46,828 bases of DNA from Trichomonas gallinae (lineage: Eukaryota), in assembly GCA_008369845.1 (NCBI GenBank), contig MRSU01011174.1, positions 1-46,828 of the forward strand. The letters are read 5' to 3'. Positions within the stretch are counted from its first letter, which is position 1; every line of letters starts with the position of its first letter. The position numbers and the translations under genes are program-made. Below the pieces are notes generated by a model, which made no database searches, had not been told where the DNA came from, and was given only the letters and a program-made list of their open reading frames with translations. Of the stretch, positions 16,247-26,528 are shown piece by piece.

Positions 16247-19237
16247 TCAAACTCTAGTGTTAATCATGGTCTTCATATAAGAAACGAGGATGGAAGTGAG
16301 AGTTATCATCGCCGCGTCCCTTTTTGATAAGATATAACGGGCCTGTTTCGCAGTCGGCACTTTTTGGCCATGTATACACAAGCACAGGAAGCTTCCATAT
16401 ACGGGGAACAGAGTGAACATGTTCGTGTGCGTGTCTGTTAGATTCTTTGAAAAGCAAATCGAAATCTCAGAATTATCACTTTTCTCGTCGAATTTTATGT
16501 CAACGAAAGGCGTCTTTCTGACTCTGCTTCCGTCAGAAGTCAATGCAGCTAGGACGTTCAAGTACTGTTCTTCACTGTAGCAAGTCGGCTTGTGGATTAA
16601 GACATTTATAACCCTTTGACTTGGCCTTTCGCCCAAATCTTGCGTTTCCTTGATTTGCGGGAAGCTGCTGAGCAAAAACTGGATGTCGCAGTCGATGTCG
16701 TAGCAGAAACTGCTGTGCTTGCTGTAGCCGACGATGCTACTAGAGCTGCTCACAAAACCAAAGTTGCTGTCGTTGCAGCAGAAAGTCTTGTACACGTAAT
16801 CTTTCATCGGGTAATAAGTCTTCGGCCGATTGAAGACTTTTATCCACGCGTCGTGGTCCTCCGCCACGTAGTTCGGCTGCTCGCTGTCGAAGAGCAAGTG
16901 ATAGAATTGGACAGCCTTAGAGAGCAGGGCTTTGTTCATCTTTCTGCAGCTAATTGCAGTGATAAGAAGCATGGAGAAAATCGAAAGGACTGGTATAAAT
17001 TCCTTCTTTTCTACGTCAACCATTCCTGGAATTGCAGATATCATGACCTCGAAGAACTCGCTGCTAGATCTTGTTAAGTCATCGTAGAGCAGTGGAGCAG
17101 TAAATAACAGATCATAGCCACTTAAACTGCCTGGAGTCAGGATGAATGTGTCGATGAACTCCCGGAACTCTTCGTGGAAAGAATCAGCACCAGACAGAAC
17201 TATTAGACTTAAAGCAACAAAGTGATCGTTGATTACTGAGTTTTTGACTATTTTCAGTACTGAATCTATCATTGAGTTCTGCTTTGACGCTATCGAAATC
17301 GATAGGCAGCTGACCAAAAACTGCTGAGTAACGCTGGGAAGTTTGCCGCTCTGCGCTGCTGTCAAGTACTCTAAGACTTTGGGGACGACAGCACTGCCGA
17401 GTGTCTGGCCCGCTAAGAAGAATCTCATTGCCGATGTCGCGGCGATGCTTTTAATTTCGTGGCCGTCCTTCTTCATGCCATCGAAAGCATTCTTAATGAA
17501 CTTCGCTGCAGCCATCGGCGGAATTCCGGCCTTCCCGAAAGAGAACGAGATGTCGACAATAATTTGCAGCGTTGTGATGAAAGCCCTCGGCGTGATAAAG
17601 TTCAGCGCGTCCAACAGCTCACTTAGCAAAAAGTCGACGTTAGTCGCGTTGTAGCGCCGCATCTCGCTGATCCATGTCTTTACGAAAATCAGGACGATAA
17701 AGAAGTACTCGTCGACTGAGAAAGCGCGAAGAAAGTTGCTGATAAATAATCTGGCCGTGTTCTTCTCGATGAACAAGTCAGGCTGGAACATGTAGAGACG
17801 CATGAATGGAGTCTCGACTTCGTAGCCGTCCCTGTCGGTGAGCTTCAGCTGCGTCAAATCGTATAAGACGTGGTTAGCGATGCTTATGGCAACGTCTGTT
17901 AGAGGGCGGAAAGAAATTAGAGCAAGCTGTGATGCTGAGTGAGCTAAAATGCATTTAAGCTCTCTAACCATGCCCAATCGCGTTGCGTTGATACGGATGC
18001 AGTCATGTATGAGTTGGAGGACATCAAAATCGGTAATGCAGCAGTCAATAATAACATTTAATATAATAATTACATATTGTTGGAAAAAATTCTTTTCAGG
18101 CTGATCTAATGCAACACGACAAAAATGAAGCAAAATTTTGTAGTTTTTCGACAGTGTTGTGCATTGAGACAAGAACAATCTTGTGCGAATAACATGATTG
18201 TGAAGAATCGAAGTTTTCTGCACTGGATCTGCAATACAAATGTTATAAGTGTTAAACAACGAAACAAACAAAGCTGCTAATTCGAAGCAAATTTCCATGT
18301 GAGATGAAATTTTGCACATAATATTGGCAGAATCGATGTTAATAGTATATACTGTATGAACAAGAGCGAACTCAGGCTGTTCAGTGACTTTTTGATCAGA
18401 TGTGATTTCTTCACCTTTGAAAGAGAAAGCTCCACTTAAGAACCTGCTTATAATAGATATAATAGACTGAAGTATGAATGGATTCGATGTGAAATCGCTG
18501 ATGTTGAAGAAAGTTAACCCACTAACGAAATTATAACAGAATAATGAGTCAAATTTTTCGGTTGTACCGCGCACACCAAGAAGAGGAATCTCAGAGAATG
18601 GAGTGGGATACTGTGTGTTCTGCGATTTCGTGATTAAATTGTTAAGAATCAAATATATACAGAATTGTCCGGTTTGATGATCGATTGCTCCGCTCAGAAT
18701 GAGTGGGAATATGATGACGACGTATATCTCTGTCCAGTAGTAGATGAGTTTGATGTCAACGTTTGAATTGAGTTTGATGATTTCCTTCGTTTGTTCGAAA
18801 ATTCGCTGCGAATCTATCTTTAAAGTAGTGTCGCTGCGGCTTTCGTCGTCTAAACCGAATGCTCTGAGTATATTTGGCTCCCAAGTTTGGAAAGGAAAGG
18901 AATCTGAGAACGAATTTATGACTTTTATGAGAAATTGCCATGAGACAGTTCGTATTTCGACGTGTGCAAGCGGACTTGTTACGATTTTGAAGATTTCAAA
19001 TATGTTAATCAGAAAAGATTTGCATTTATCTTTGAATTTCTGACAGAGCTCTGCTACCTGGCTCACATTATCTATCACAAATCCTTTAGGTGACAGGTTT
19101 TTCTGAAATGTTTCTTTTTCTGTGTAGATAGAGTAAAGCCACTGATGCAGCGTCTGGAAGTACTTCATCAGCATCTCATCCGTCGGATTGGAATTCCCTC
19201 GAATCCCTTTGTAAAGAGATTTGAGGGTTTCCTTCAT
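16247..19237 (-). CDS. Large helical (HEAT/ARM-like) hypothetical protein, possibly with a degenerate RapGAP-like C-terminus
   Basis: About 996 codons from the first ATG (19237); amphipathic helical pattern throughout. The RalGAP/tuberin resemblance is weak and inferred. Confidence 0.75.
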   Translation of the reverse strand: MKETLKSLYKGIRGNSNPTDEMLMKYFQTLHQWLYSIYTEKETFQKNLSPKGFVIDNVSQVAELCQKFKDKCKSFLINIFEIFKIVTSPLAHVEIRTVSWQFLIKVINSFSDSFPFQTWEPNILRAFGLDDESRSDTTLKIDSQRIFEQTKEIIKLNSNVDIKLIYYWTEIYVVIIFPLILSGAIDHQTGQFCIYLILNNLITKSQNTQYPTPFSEIPLLGVRGTTEKFDSLFCYNFVSGLTFFNISDFTSNPFILQSIISIISRFLSGAFSFKGEEITSDQKVTEQPEFALVHTVYTINIDSANIMCKISSHMEICFELAALFVSLFNTYNICIADPVQKTSILHNHVIRTRLFLSQCTTLSKNYKILLHFCRVALDQPEKNFFQQYVIIILNVIIDCCITDFDVLQLIHDCIRINATRLGMVRELKCILAHSASQLALISFRPLTDVAISIANHVLYDLTQLKLTDRDGYEVETPFMRLYMFQPDLFIEKNTARLFISNFLRAFSVDEYFFIVLIFVKTWISEMRRYNATNVDFLLSELLDALNFITPRAFITTLQIIVDISFSFGKAGIPPMAAAKFIKNAFDGMKKDGHEIKSIAATSAMRFFLAGQTLGSAVVPKVLEYLTAAQSGKLPSVTQQFLVSCLSISIASKQNSMIDSVLKIVKNSVINDHFVALSLIVLSGADSFHEEFREFIDTFILTPGSLSGYDLLFTAPLLYDDLTRSSSEFFEVMISAIPGMVDVEKKEFIPVLSIFSMLLITAISCRKMNKALLSKAVQFYHLLFDSEQPNYVAEDHDAWIKVFNRPKTYYPMKDYVYKTFCCNDSNFGFVSSSSSIVGYSKHSSFCYDIDCDIQFLLSSFPQIKETQDLGERPSQRVINVLIHKPTCYSEEQYLNVLAALTSDGSRVRKTPFVDIKFDEKSDNSEISICFSKNLTDTHTNMFTLFPVYGSFLCLCIHGQKVPTAKQARYILSKRDAAMITLTSILVSYMKTMINTRV

Positions 19238-19701
19238 CTGAAATCCAAAAACAAGAATATCAGCACTTTTGGATAAGTCATTCAATAACTTACTCTACAA
19301 TAGAAATGTTTTAAATTGTCATTTCACAATTTCGCAATATTTTATATAAAAACAAAAATATTTTCAAAATAAGCAATTTCAACATGATAATTCAACAAAA
19401 ATACATCTTTTTATTATAAATATCTATTGCAAAAAGTCAAAATCGAATATGAAAATATTTTTTGAAAAATAAATTATCGATAAACACATATTTAAATCTT
19501 ATAGTTAATTAAGAAAATATATAAAATTGATTATTTTAAGCTTAATTTTGAATGAAAATGAATAATTCAAAAAATTAAAAATTCAAATTCAAAATTTAAA
19601 AATTTCTCAATATTTAGTGTTATTATAAGTTAAAACACCAAATCTCAAAGAAAATCGATGAAGTGTCTTCAATAAAAAAATTCTTCAAAAAAATATTTTT
19701 C

Positions 19702-21324
19702 ATGGAATTTAAGCGTGGAGTTCCATGGTATCAGTTAATGTACATCAAAAACCAGCAGTTTGAGAAGGTTCCACCGCACGAGGTTAAAAGGTCCTTCGAA
19801 AGAGCGGAAAAAATCTACCAAAACTGGATCGAAAAACAATCAATCGATGAAATCACAGAAAATCTTCTCGAAAAAGGTACAATGAAAGATAAGTTCGCAT
19901 CATACAAAGTTTTAGCTCAAGATGAGCCACTTCAGATGTTAGAATATCTCAAAACAATCAACGAGCTTCTTGCAGACAAACCAAGAATGCAGGTCGATGC
20001 AATGAACTGCGGGGTTCAAATATACACAAAAACATTGCTTCCAAGAAGATTTTTACGCAAATTCGCTGATCAGCCATTGAAAGATGCTGCAGAGAACCAT
20101 TTATTGGTCTACTACTTCGAGGACAGACTTAAGTTCTACTTCGATGAGTTCATCAAGCGCATCGAGCGTGCAGCACGTGCACAGCAGGAATTCTTGAGAG
20201 ACAACGCCATCAAATCATTAGGAGACTTACTTCGTCTTACACGCGAAAACGAGAAAGTTTTACTTAACATTTTGATCGATAAATTCGGAGATCCACTCGC
20301 AGCAGTCTCAAACTCTGCAGGAAAGACAATAGAGTCCGTCCTCAAGCAGCACCCACAGATGACAAACGAAACAATCAAGATTTTGCAAAGTCGCCTCGGA
20401 AAATTCACGGAGCCGGCCAAAAAACGCGCTCTTAAGTTCATTGGCCAGCTTAACCTCGAAAGAGGCGACAAGCAGGCCTCTAGAGACGCCCTCGCAACAG
20501 TTCGCAAGGAGCTCATTCCTCTTCTATCAAAGAACGACGACTCAAACAACAAAGTCATGGCTTCGCTGATGAAGCAGGCGCAAAAGTGCGCAGAAATCTG
20601 CGACCCTAAGGACATCCAGGACTTCATCGACCCGCTTTATTCTTACATCGAGCACTCTTCATTCACCACCACTCTTCCAGCCTTGAGGCTTTTGTACTCC
20701 ATCCACAAGCAGGCCGGCCAGATTCCGCCGAAGTTCTACCAGTTCTTCTACAAGTTCTTCAACTCGCCAGACTTAGGCTCTTCAACGAAGCACCCGCAGA
20801 TTTTGAACTTCATGCTCGAAGTTCTCAAGGCAGAAAACGACAACACAATCGTCTGCCAGTTCCTTCATAGACTCCTCCACATTGGCCTACACATGAACGA
20901 CATGTTTGCTGTCTCCGTTCTCTACTTCTGCGCGAACATATTCAAAGAGAAGCCGAACCTTAAGACGATGATCACAAAGGTCGACCCAGAGCTCGAAAGG
21001 AAATACGACTTCAGATCTGACTCACCGAAGAGCGAGGCCGCTCCAGTGACATTCCCGTGGATTTTGAACATGTACATGAACAGCTTCCACCCAGCCGTCA
21101 AAGAACTCGCGCAGAAGATCGCCAAGCTCGCTGACGTCAAGTATGACGGAGACCCATTCGACGACTTCTCCGTTACCAACCAGCTGAAGAGGATTGCTGG
21201 AATCAAGGAGGCCACAGAGGATGACCAGGAACTCCTCAATAACGGATTCTTTGGTTTTGAATCTATCCCTGATTTCGAAGATGGAAATGAAAACGAAGAC
21301 GATGATGTTAATGATGAAGAGTAA
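19702..21324 (+). CDS. CBF/Mak21 (Noc1/CEBPZ-like) ribosome biogenesis factor
   Basis: KGTMKDKFAS, LLPRRFLRKF..QPL, LLVYYFEDRLK..F..FI, ENEKVLLNILIDKFGDP, HPQM, SFHPAV..LA, YDGDPFDDFS; acidic tail. Confidence 0.85.
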   Translation: MEFKRGVPWYQLMYIKNQQFEKVPPHEVKRSFERAEKIYQNWIEKQSIDEITENLLEKGTMKDKFASYKVLAQDEPLQMLEYLKTINELLADKPRMQVDAMNCGVQIYTKTLLPRRFLRKFADQPLKDAAENHLLVYYFEDRLKFYFDEFIKRIERAARAQQEFLRDNAIKSLGDLLRLTRENEKVLLNILIDKFGDPLAAVSNSAGKTIESVLKQHPQMTNETIKILQSRLGKFTEPAKKRALKFIGQLNLERGDKQASRDALATVRKELIPLLSKNDDSNNKVMASLMKQAQKCAEICDPKDIQDFIDPLYSYIEHSSFTTTLPALRLLYSIHKQAGQIPPKFYQFFYKFFNSPDLGSSTKHPQILNFMLEVLKAENDNTIVCQFLHRLLHIGLHMNDMFAVSVLYFCANIFKEKPNLKTMITKVDPELERKYDFRSDSPKSEAAPVTFPWILNMYMNSFHPAVKELAQKIAKLADVKYDGDPFDDFSVTNQLKRIAGIKEATEDDQELLNNGFFGFESIPDFEDGNENEDDDVNDEE

Positions 21325-21613
21325 GCTATTTAAAATAAATATAGAGATATCAAAATAAATTTAATATGCCATATATCCAGACATAACTCTATAGCCTCCA
21401 TACTGATGCAATATTATATCAATTCCTTATGTGTAACCACATAAATCTTAGGTACAGATTTATGTTGATTATTTTTCCATGCATATAAACTAAAGCAATA
21501 ATGCGGACAAAATAGTGCTTCGAAAAAGGCATTAGAAAAAAGCGAGGGATGAAATTTAATGTTAATAAACAATACATGATAAATTATAAAAGAGGGTGAA
21601 TAAAATAACGGAC

Positions 21614-22162
21614 TTAAACAACTGTCATGTAATGGTGAACTTCATGAGGGAGGATGATTTCCCATGGACGGGATGTCAAAACTTCAGGGAAAGTGATCTT
21701 TTGATAAGGTTGGGATGATTGAGCGACTTCTTCCTGGACAGACTCACTTGACTCTTCCTGGACGTAGCTCTGCGAGACGTCAGATGTTTGGAGGATTTCG
21801 TCGTTGAACCTCTTGCACAAATATTTGTGCCAGCGATTCTTGACGTTGTTTCCGCTTCTTCCGTTTAAGAACTGGGCAATCTTAACCCAATGAGCTCCAA
21901 AAATCTTATATTTTGCAATAATGATTTTGTCTTCTTCGAGCGTCCAAGGGCGTTTAACTAGACCTTTATAAAGGTAGTTCTTATACCTGTCTCTGCATTG
22001 TCTTGCAGTCCTTCCCGGAACCCTCTTACCAATCTCGACCCAACTTTTAATTCCTTTCTTTTCGAAGAGATATTGTATCAGCTGGTCCTCCTGCTTGGTA
22101 AACCTCTTCCTGAGAGTAGTATTGTCAATCGTGTAGTCCTGAAAATCAGTAGAATCGAACAT
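21614..22162 (-). CDS. R2R3 Myb-like DNA-binding protein
   Basis: FTKQEDQLI...SWVEIGKRVPGRTARQCRDRYKNYL / WTLEEDKII...GAHWVKIAQFLNGRSGNNVKNRW. Confidence 0.93.
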   Translation of the reverse strand: MFDSTDFQDYTIDNTTLRKRFTKQEDQLIQYLFEKKGIKSWVEIGKRVPGRTARQCRDRYKNYLYKGLVKRPWTLEEDKIIIAKYKIFGAHWVKIAQFLNGRSGNNVKNRWHKYLCKRFNDEILQTSDVSQSYVQEESSESVQEEVAQSSQPYQKITFPEVLTSRPWEIILPHEVHHYMTVV

Positions 22163-23337
22163 AATAAAAAATGCTTTGAAAAAACTTCAGAAAAGTGTAA
22201 ATCTTATGATTTAAAACAAAATGGATGCTTGTACTATGTAGATCATGATACGCAATAAAAATAATCAGACAATAAATACGATTAATTTAAAATTATATTA
22301 GGTACTTAACGCTGCACAAAAATGGTAAAAATCAAAAACCGATGAGGCAGAAATAACCCTCCAATTGAGAGCTCTATACGTTATAACCGCATTCTCAAAT
22401 GAATTACTTTATATCAAACAGTATTATGTATAATAGTAAATATGATAATTTTAAAATCGAAAAATAATCTTATCAAAACAACCAAACCTACTTTTGAATA
22501 GGTTATATTTTGCGTTTCACAACGATCTAGACATATTCACTGTAACTAGCAAATTTAACAAATTATCATGCGTATCAAGAACATTACATTTTTCAATGCA
22601 ATAAAAAAATAATGGCACTTTTTGCTAATATTAAGGTGCAAATTCATGTTTGATTTTGTCTTGGCAATAACTTTCCGGTTGATTTTTATATTTGAGAAAC
22701 TCCTGTCAAAACGGTAACACACAAAACTTGAATAACAAATAGTATCTATATCATATATGTATCATCATTTTAAATTTTAAAATTTTTCCCATTAGAAGTG
22801 CTGATTTTTATTTTTACAGTATCTATACAGATAACTAAACTAATTTATCAACTTTTCTCTTTATTTTCATATTAAATTCGATCATTTTACGAGAATTTCA
22901 GCACTACCCGCAGTTTTCATCAAAAACAGCACCAATGCTCGTAATGTATTGTTTTTCAAAAAGCCATATTTGGAAAAGACAGCCGTAGAGTTGCAAAACG
23001 AAATCATTTTGCCATTCTATCGTTATTTCATTTGAACTAACTGGAGCACATGCTATTAAATATAAATTCATAATCAAAACTGTAGATTATCAATCGTATT
23101 TTTAATTTTTTAAATTTAATCATCGGCAACAACAGTTGCAGACCCAAATAACCTACAGAAAACTTAGTTTATATTTCAACGTATCAATCTGAAGTCTTAT
23201 ATTTTTTTATTTGATTTTGAAGTTAAAAAATAATACAATAAATAGGGTGACAGCATATGGAATTAAAGTCACTAATATAATTATAGCTCTATAGAAATAT
23301 TTATTTGTATAAATACCATATAAACAAACAATATATC

Positions 23338-25566
23338 TTATGCATTTTCATCATTCTCAGCAATCATGCGGAGCATTACGCTCTCAAGCGCCTCTTCATG
23401 GATTGTATAACCAGTTGCATCAAAATTCTGAATTTGCTCATCAAGTAAAGCAAGTAAAGTAGGAATTTTGTCGCAAACAGGCAAAATCAAACAATCACCA
23501 ACCTCAAAGTCCCTGACAGTCTCAGGAATAACTTGTTTCACAAAGTCCAAGACTTTTGAAACGACTTCTTCAGCTTCCGTGTCATCGTTTAATATGATTT
23601 TCAGCTTGTAGCCGCAGTTATGGTGGGCCCTGAGGTCAGAGGCAGTGCCACTGAATATAATGCTTCCGCCCTTGAGCACGAAAATCCTAGATGCAACATT
23701 TTCGCCTTCTTCCATCGAGTGGGAAGTGATCAAGGTAGTCGAATTAGTGAAAATCGAGGCAGACTTCCATAGCAATTGTCTCCTACTCACATCGACACCA
23801 GGCGTAGGCTCGTCCAAAATAACAAGCTGGGGACTGCCAATGTACGCCATAGCAACAGAGATGCACCTCATTTGACCACCAGACAAGTTTTCTGGCTTTT
23901 GCTTTAGAATGTTCTCGATGCCAAGACTTTGGCTAACAAAGTCGATGTGATCATTGACACTCTCCTTAGGGACGCCTCTTAAGTTCGCAAAGAACAGCAG
24001 ATGATCTCTGACATTTAAGCCAGGGAAGAAAACATTTTCTTGGAAGCAGAATCCTGTCGAGTTTTGGAGGTCGAGGAAGTCCGAAGCTTTCCCGAGGATT
24101 TCTAGTGTACCAGAATCAACAGGAATCGCTCCAGTTAGTGAAGACAGCAAAGAAGTCTTGCCACTACCATTTGGTCCGATAATTAAGATGACTTCACCTT
24201 TTTTGACGTCGAAATTCAGGTCGTTGATGGCCGTCACTGTTTTGTAGCTTTTGTACGTTTTCGTGAGGTTCGTCACACTTATAAATGTTTCGCAGTTTGT
24301 TGAGCTTATTTCTGACGAGACTCTGAACAGCCTTTTCCACGCTCTCTTAGAGAATATGTTTGTGATGCCGATGAGCGGGAGGCCCCATTCCTTTGGTATG
24401 ATCAAAATGAAAACGAAGAAAATGATGAAGAAAACTACCGTTTGATAGAGTAAAGTAATGATGAGGAATGGATATGTAAAGTGGACATGCAGGCCAAAGT
24501 GACCAATGTTCATAGAATGCTTCGTCAGCATGTTATAACCGACATTGTCGAAAAAGTTTTGGACGGTAACTGAAGGCAGAAAGAAACCTAATTTGTAATA
24601 GTCAAAGTTTGGAATCATGCAAACTCCCCAAGTACCGATGACTTCGATGGCATAGTACAATGCAAAGATTGGAAACTTATTTGGAGTGTTAAAAATCGGA
24701 ATTATGAATAATCCAGAAAAATAAATTGCAACTGCTGCAAAAAAGAAGAATATCCAAAGGTAAAGCATATCTGTTTTCATTTGATGCATAACAGGACGCA
24801 ATGACAGGAAGAAAGCATATAAAAATGTTGTAATAAATGCATAAGCTAAATCAAGAACAATGAAACATGTCCATATTGTTGTATCCTTAACACCAGATGT
24901 ATTGAGAATTAAGAGAGCTTTGCTATGCATCCATTTCGTTAATAAATGAAAACACGCGATTAAATGGAAGAAATAAATTGAAACAAAAACCCAAACATCC
25001 CACTTAAAAGCATTCACACGAACTCCTCCAGGTTTTGCGAAGGTTCCTGCATATGTTGATTTATTCATTTTATCATGAAGACTTATTCTATCAATTACTA
25101 GTTGAGGAGTATCAGCATAACTGGCAGCAGTAACAATATCGAAATTAGAAATGTTATCATTTGAATTAATCGCGAACGTATGCGTATAAACATGAGTATC
25201 GATCATTGTTGTATAAATCGAGCCATTTCTGAATCTAACAGTATTTTCTGGAAATACAATTTTTGCAATTTCGTGGTTTAATTTTGTATCATTTAATATT
25301 AGAATATGATCTCTAGAAGGAATCGGAGGGAAAAACAATGATGACAGTGTGGCATTGCTTGGATTTACATGGATCACGTAATCTTTATTCCCAATTCCCG
25401 AGAAAATCAATGCTAAACTGCAAACGAGGAAGAAATCATAGATTGGTGATTTTAGACGCATTTTGAGCATCAGCTTCAGGCAACACCAAAAAGAGTTCAA
25501 AGATGTCACCCTTCCGTGCTGCATTTTATCCCCTAAAAGTGTATTATGAAGATTAGATGAGATCAT
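23338..25566 (-). CDS. Half-size ABCA-family ABC transporter (start may be ATG 25524)
   Basis: One TM helix, an extracellular loop, several more TM helices, then an NBD with Walker A GPNGSGKT, signature LSGGQ, Walker B VILDEPT and the ABCA-type TSHSMEEGE...SRI. Confidence 0.9.
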   Translation of the reverse strand: MISSNLHNTLLGDKMQHGRVTSLNSFWCCLKLMLKMRLKSPIYDFFLVCSLALIFSGIGNKDYVIHVNPSNATLSSLFFPPIPSRDHILILNDTKLNHEIAKIVFPENTVRFRNGSIYTTMIDTHVYTHTFAINSNDNISNFDIVTAASYADTPQLVIDRISLHDKMNKSTYAGTFAKPGGVRVNAFKWDVWVFVSIYFFHLIACFHLLTKWMHSKALLILNTSGVKDTTIWTCFIVLDLAYAFITTFLYAFFLSLRPVMHQMKTDMLYLWIFFFFAAVAIYFSGLFIIPIFNTPNKFPIFALYYAIEVIGTWGVCMIPNFDYYKLGFFLPSVTVQNFFDNVGYNMLTKHSMNIGHFGLHVHFTYPFLIITLLYQTVVFFIIFFVFILIIPKEWGLPLIGITNIFSKRAWKRLFRVSSEISSTNCETFISVTNLTKTYKSYKTVTAINDLNFDVKKGEVILIIGPNGSGKTSLLSSLTGAIPVDSGTLEILGKASDFLDLQNSTGFCFQENVFFPGLNVRDHLLFFANLRGVPKESVNDHIDFVSQSLGIENILKQKPENLSGGQMRCISVAMAYIGSPQLVILDEPTPGVDVSRRQLLWKSASIFTNSTTLITSHSMEEGENVASRIFVLKGGSIIFSGTASDLRAHHNCGYKLKIILNDDTEAEEVVSKVLDFVKQVIPETVRDFEVGDCLILPVCDKIPTLLALLDEQIQNFDATGYTIHEEALESVMLRMIAENDENA

Positions 25567-26044
25567 TGTGATCTAAGAAAATTTGACAATTTCAAAAAAC
25601 ATTTTACGGGCGTGAAAGCAAATGAAAATTATTATCATTAAATCACACAAAGCATAATATTTTTGATTTCTGAAATCCTCAATTTTGAGTGGAAAATTAT
25701 CGATTATCTTTTTTTTTTCTGAAATCACTAAATATTGCTTATATTTCACCCCAATCTATATATAGACTTATTATTATATATTTTACATAATGTCACTTAT
25801 AAATTATACGATCTTTTTATTTTTTTTTATTTTTTCGTTTTGATTAATTTTCTTTAGACAGATATGTTACAAAACCTATATTATACACATATATCAATAC
25901 CATTTTGGAAAAAAAGTTAATAATTTCAAAAAAATATAATTTCAAATTAAATAATATTAAAATTACTGAAATTAGATAATAGTCAAACCATATATGGTCT
26001 TTAGATAGATGAAATGGGATATTTTGGCATTAATAAAATATCAA

Positions 26045-26485
26045 TTATAAATCATCACCAGATACAGTTCCAGTGACTGTGATAACGATACGTCTAGATC
26101 CTCCATGGTTTCTGTGCTCGTTTAGGTAGATTCCTTGCCATGTTCCAAGATTTAACTGGCCATTTGTAATTGGGATGTTGAGGGAGACTCCCATGACTGA
26201 AGACTTGACGTGTGCTGGCATATCATCAGCTCCTTCGTCGATGTGTGTCCAAGGAAATCTTTCGGGTATAGTTTTGTCCATCCAGTCGTTGAGATCTGTT
26301 CTTACATCACTGCAGCAGTTCTCGTTAATTGTAATTGAGGCGCTTGTGTGCTGAATTAATAAATTCATCAGACCAGCGTTGATCTTAGAGATCTCCGGCA
26401 TCTGCTTGACGATCAGGTCCGTAATAATGTGGGATCCGCGTCGAAAATTGGGCAGCGTGATTGTTTTCTGAAAAACTTTCATCAT
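26045..26485 (-). CDS. yjbQ: YjbQ/UPF0047 family protein
   Basis: RRGSHIITD, QHTSASITINEN, EGADDMPAHVKSS, LGTWQGIYLNEHR. Start at ATG 26485 or 26482. Confidence 0.92.
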   Translation of the reverse strand: MMKVFQKTITLPNFRRGSHIITDLIVKQMPEISKINAGLMNLLIQHTSASITINENCCSDVRTDLNDWMDKTIPERFPWTHIDEGADDMPAHVKSSVMGVSLNIPITNGQLNLGTWQGIYLNEHRNHGGSRRIVITVTGTVSGDDL

Positions 26486-26528
26486 TTTTTCCCCTGACAC
26501 TTTTTATAACAAAACAAAAAAAATTATT

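Noticed and set aside
22163..23337. Longest spacer, with slightly GC-richer patches, as a pseudogene or mobile element
   Set aside because: No ORF remnant, terminal repeat or stable structure was recognisable; likely the Myb regulatory region.
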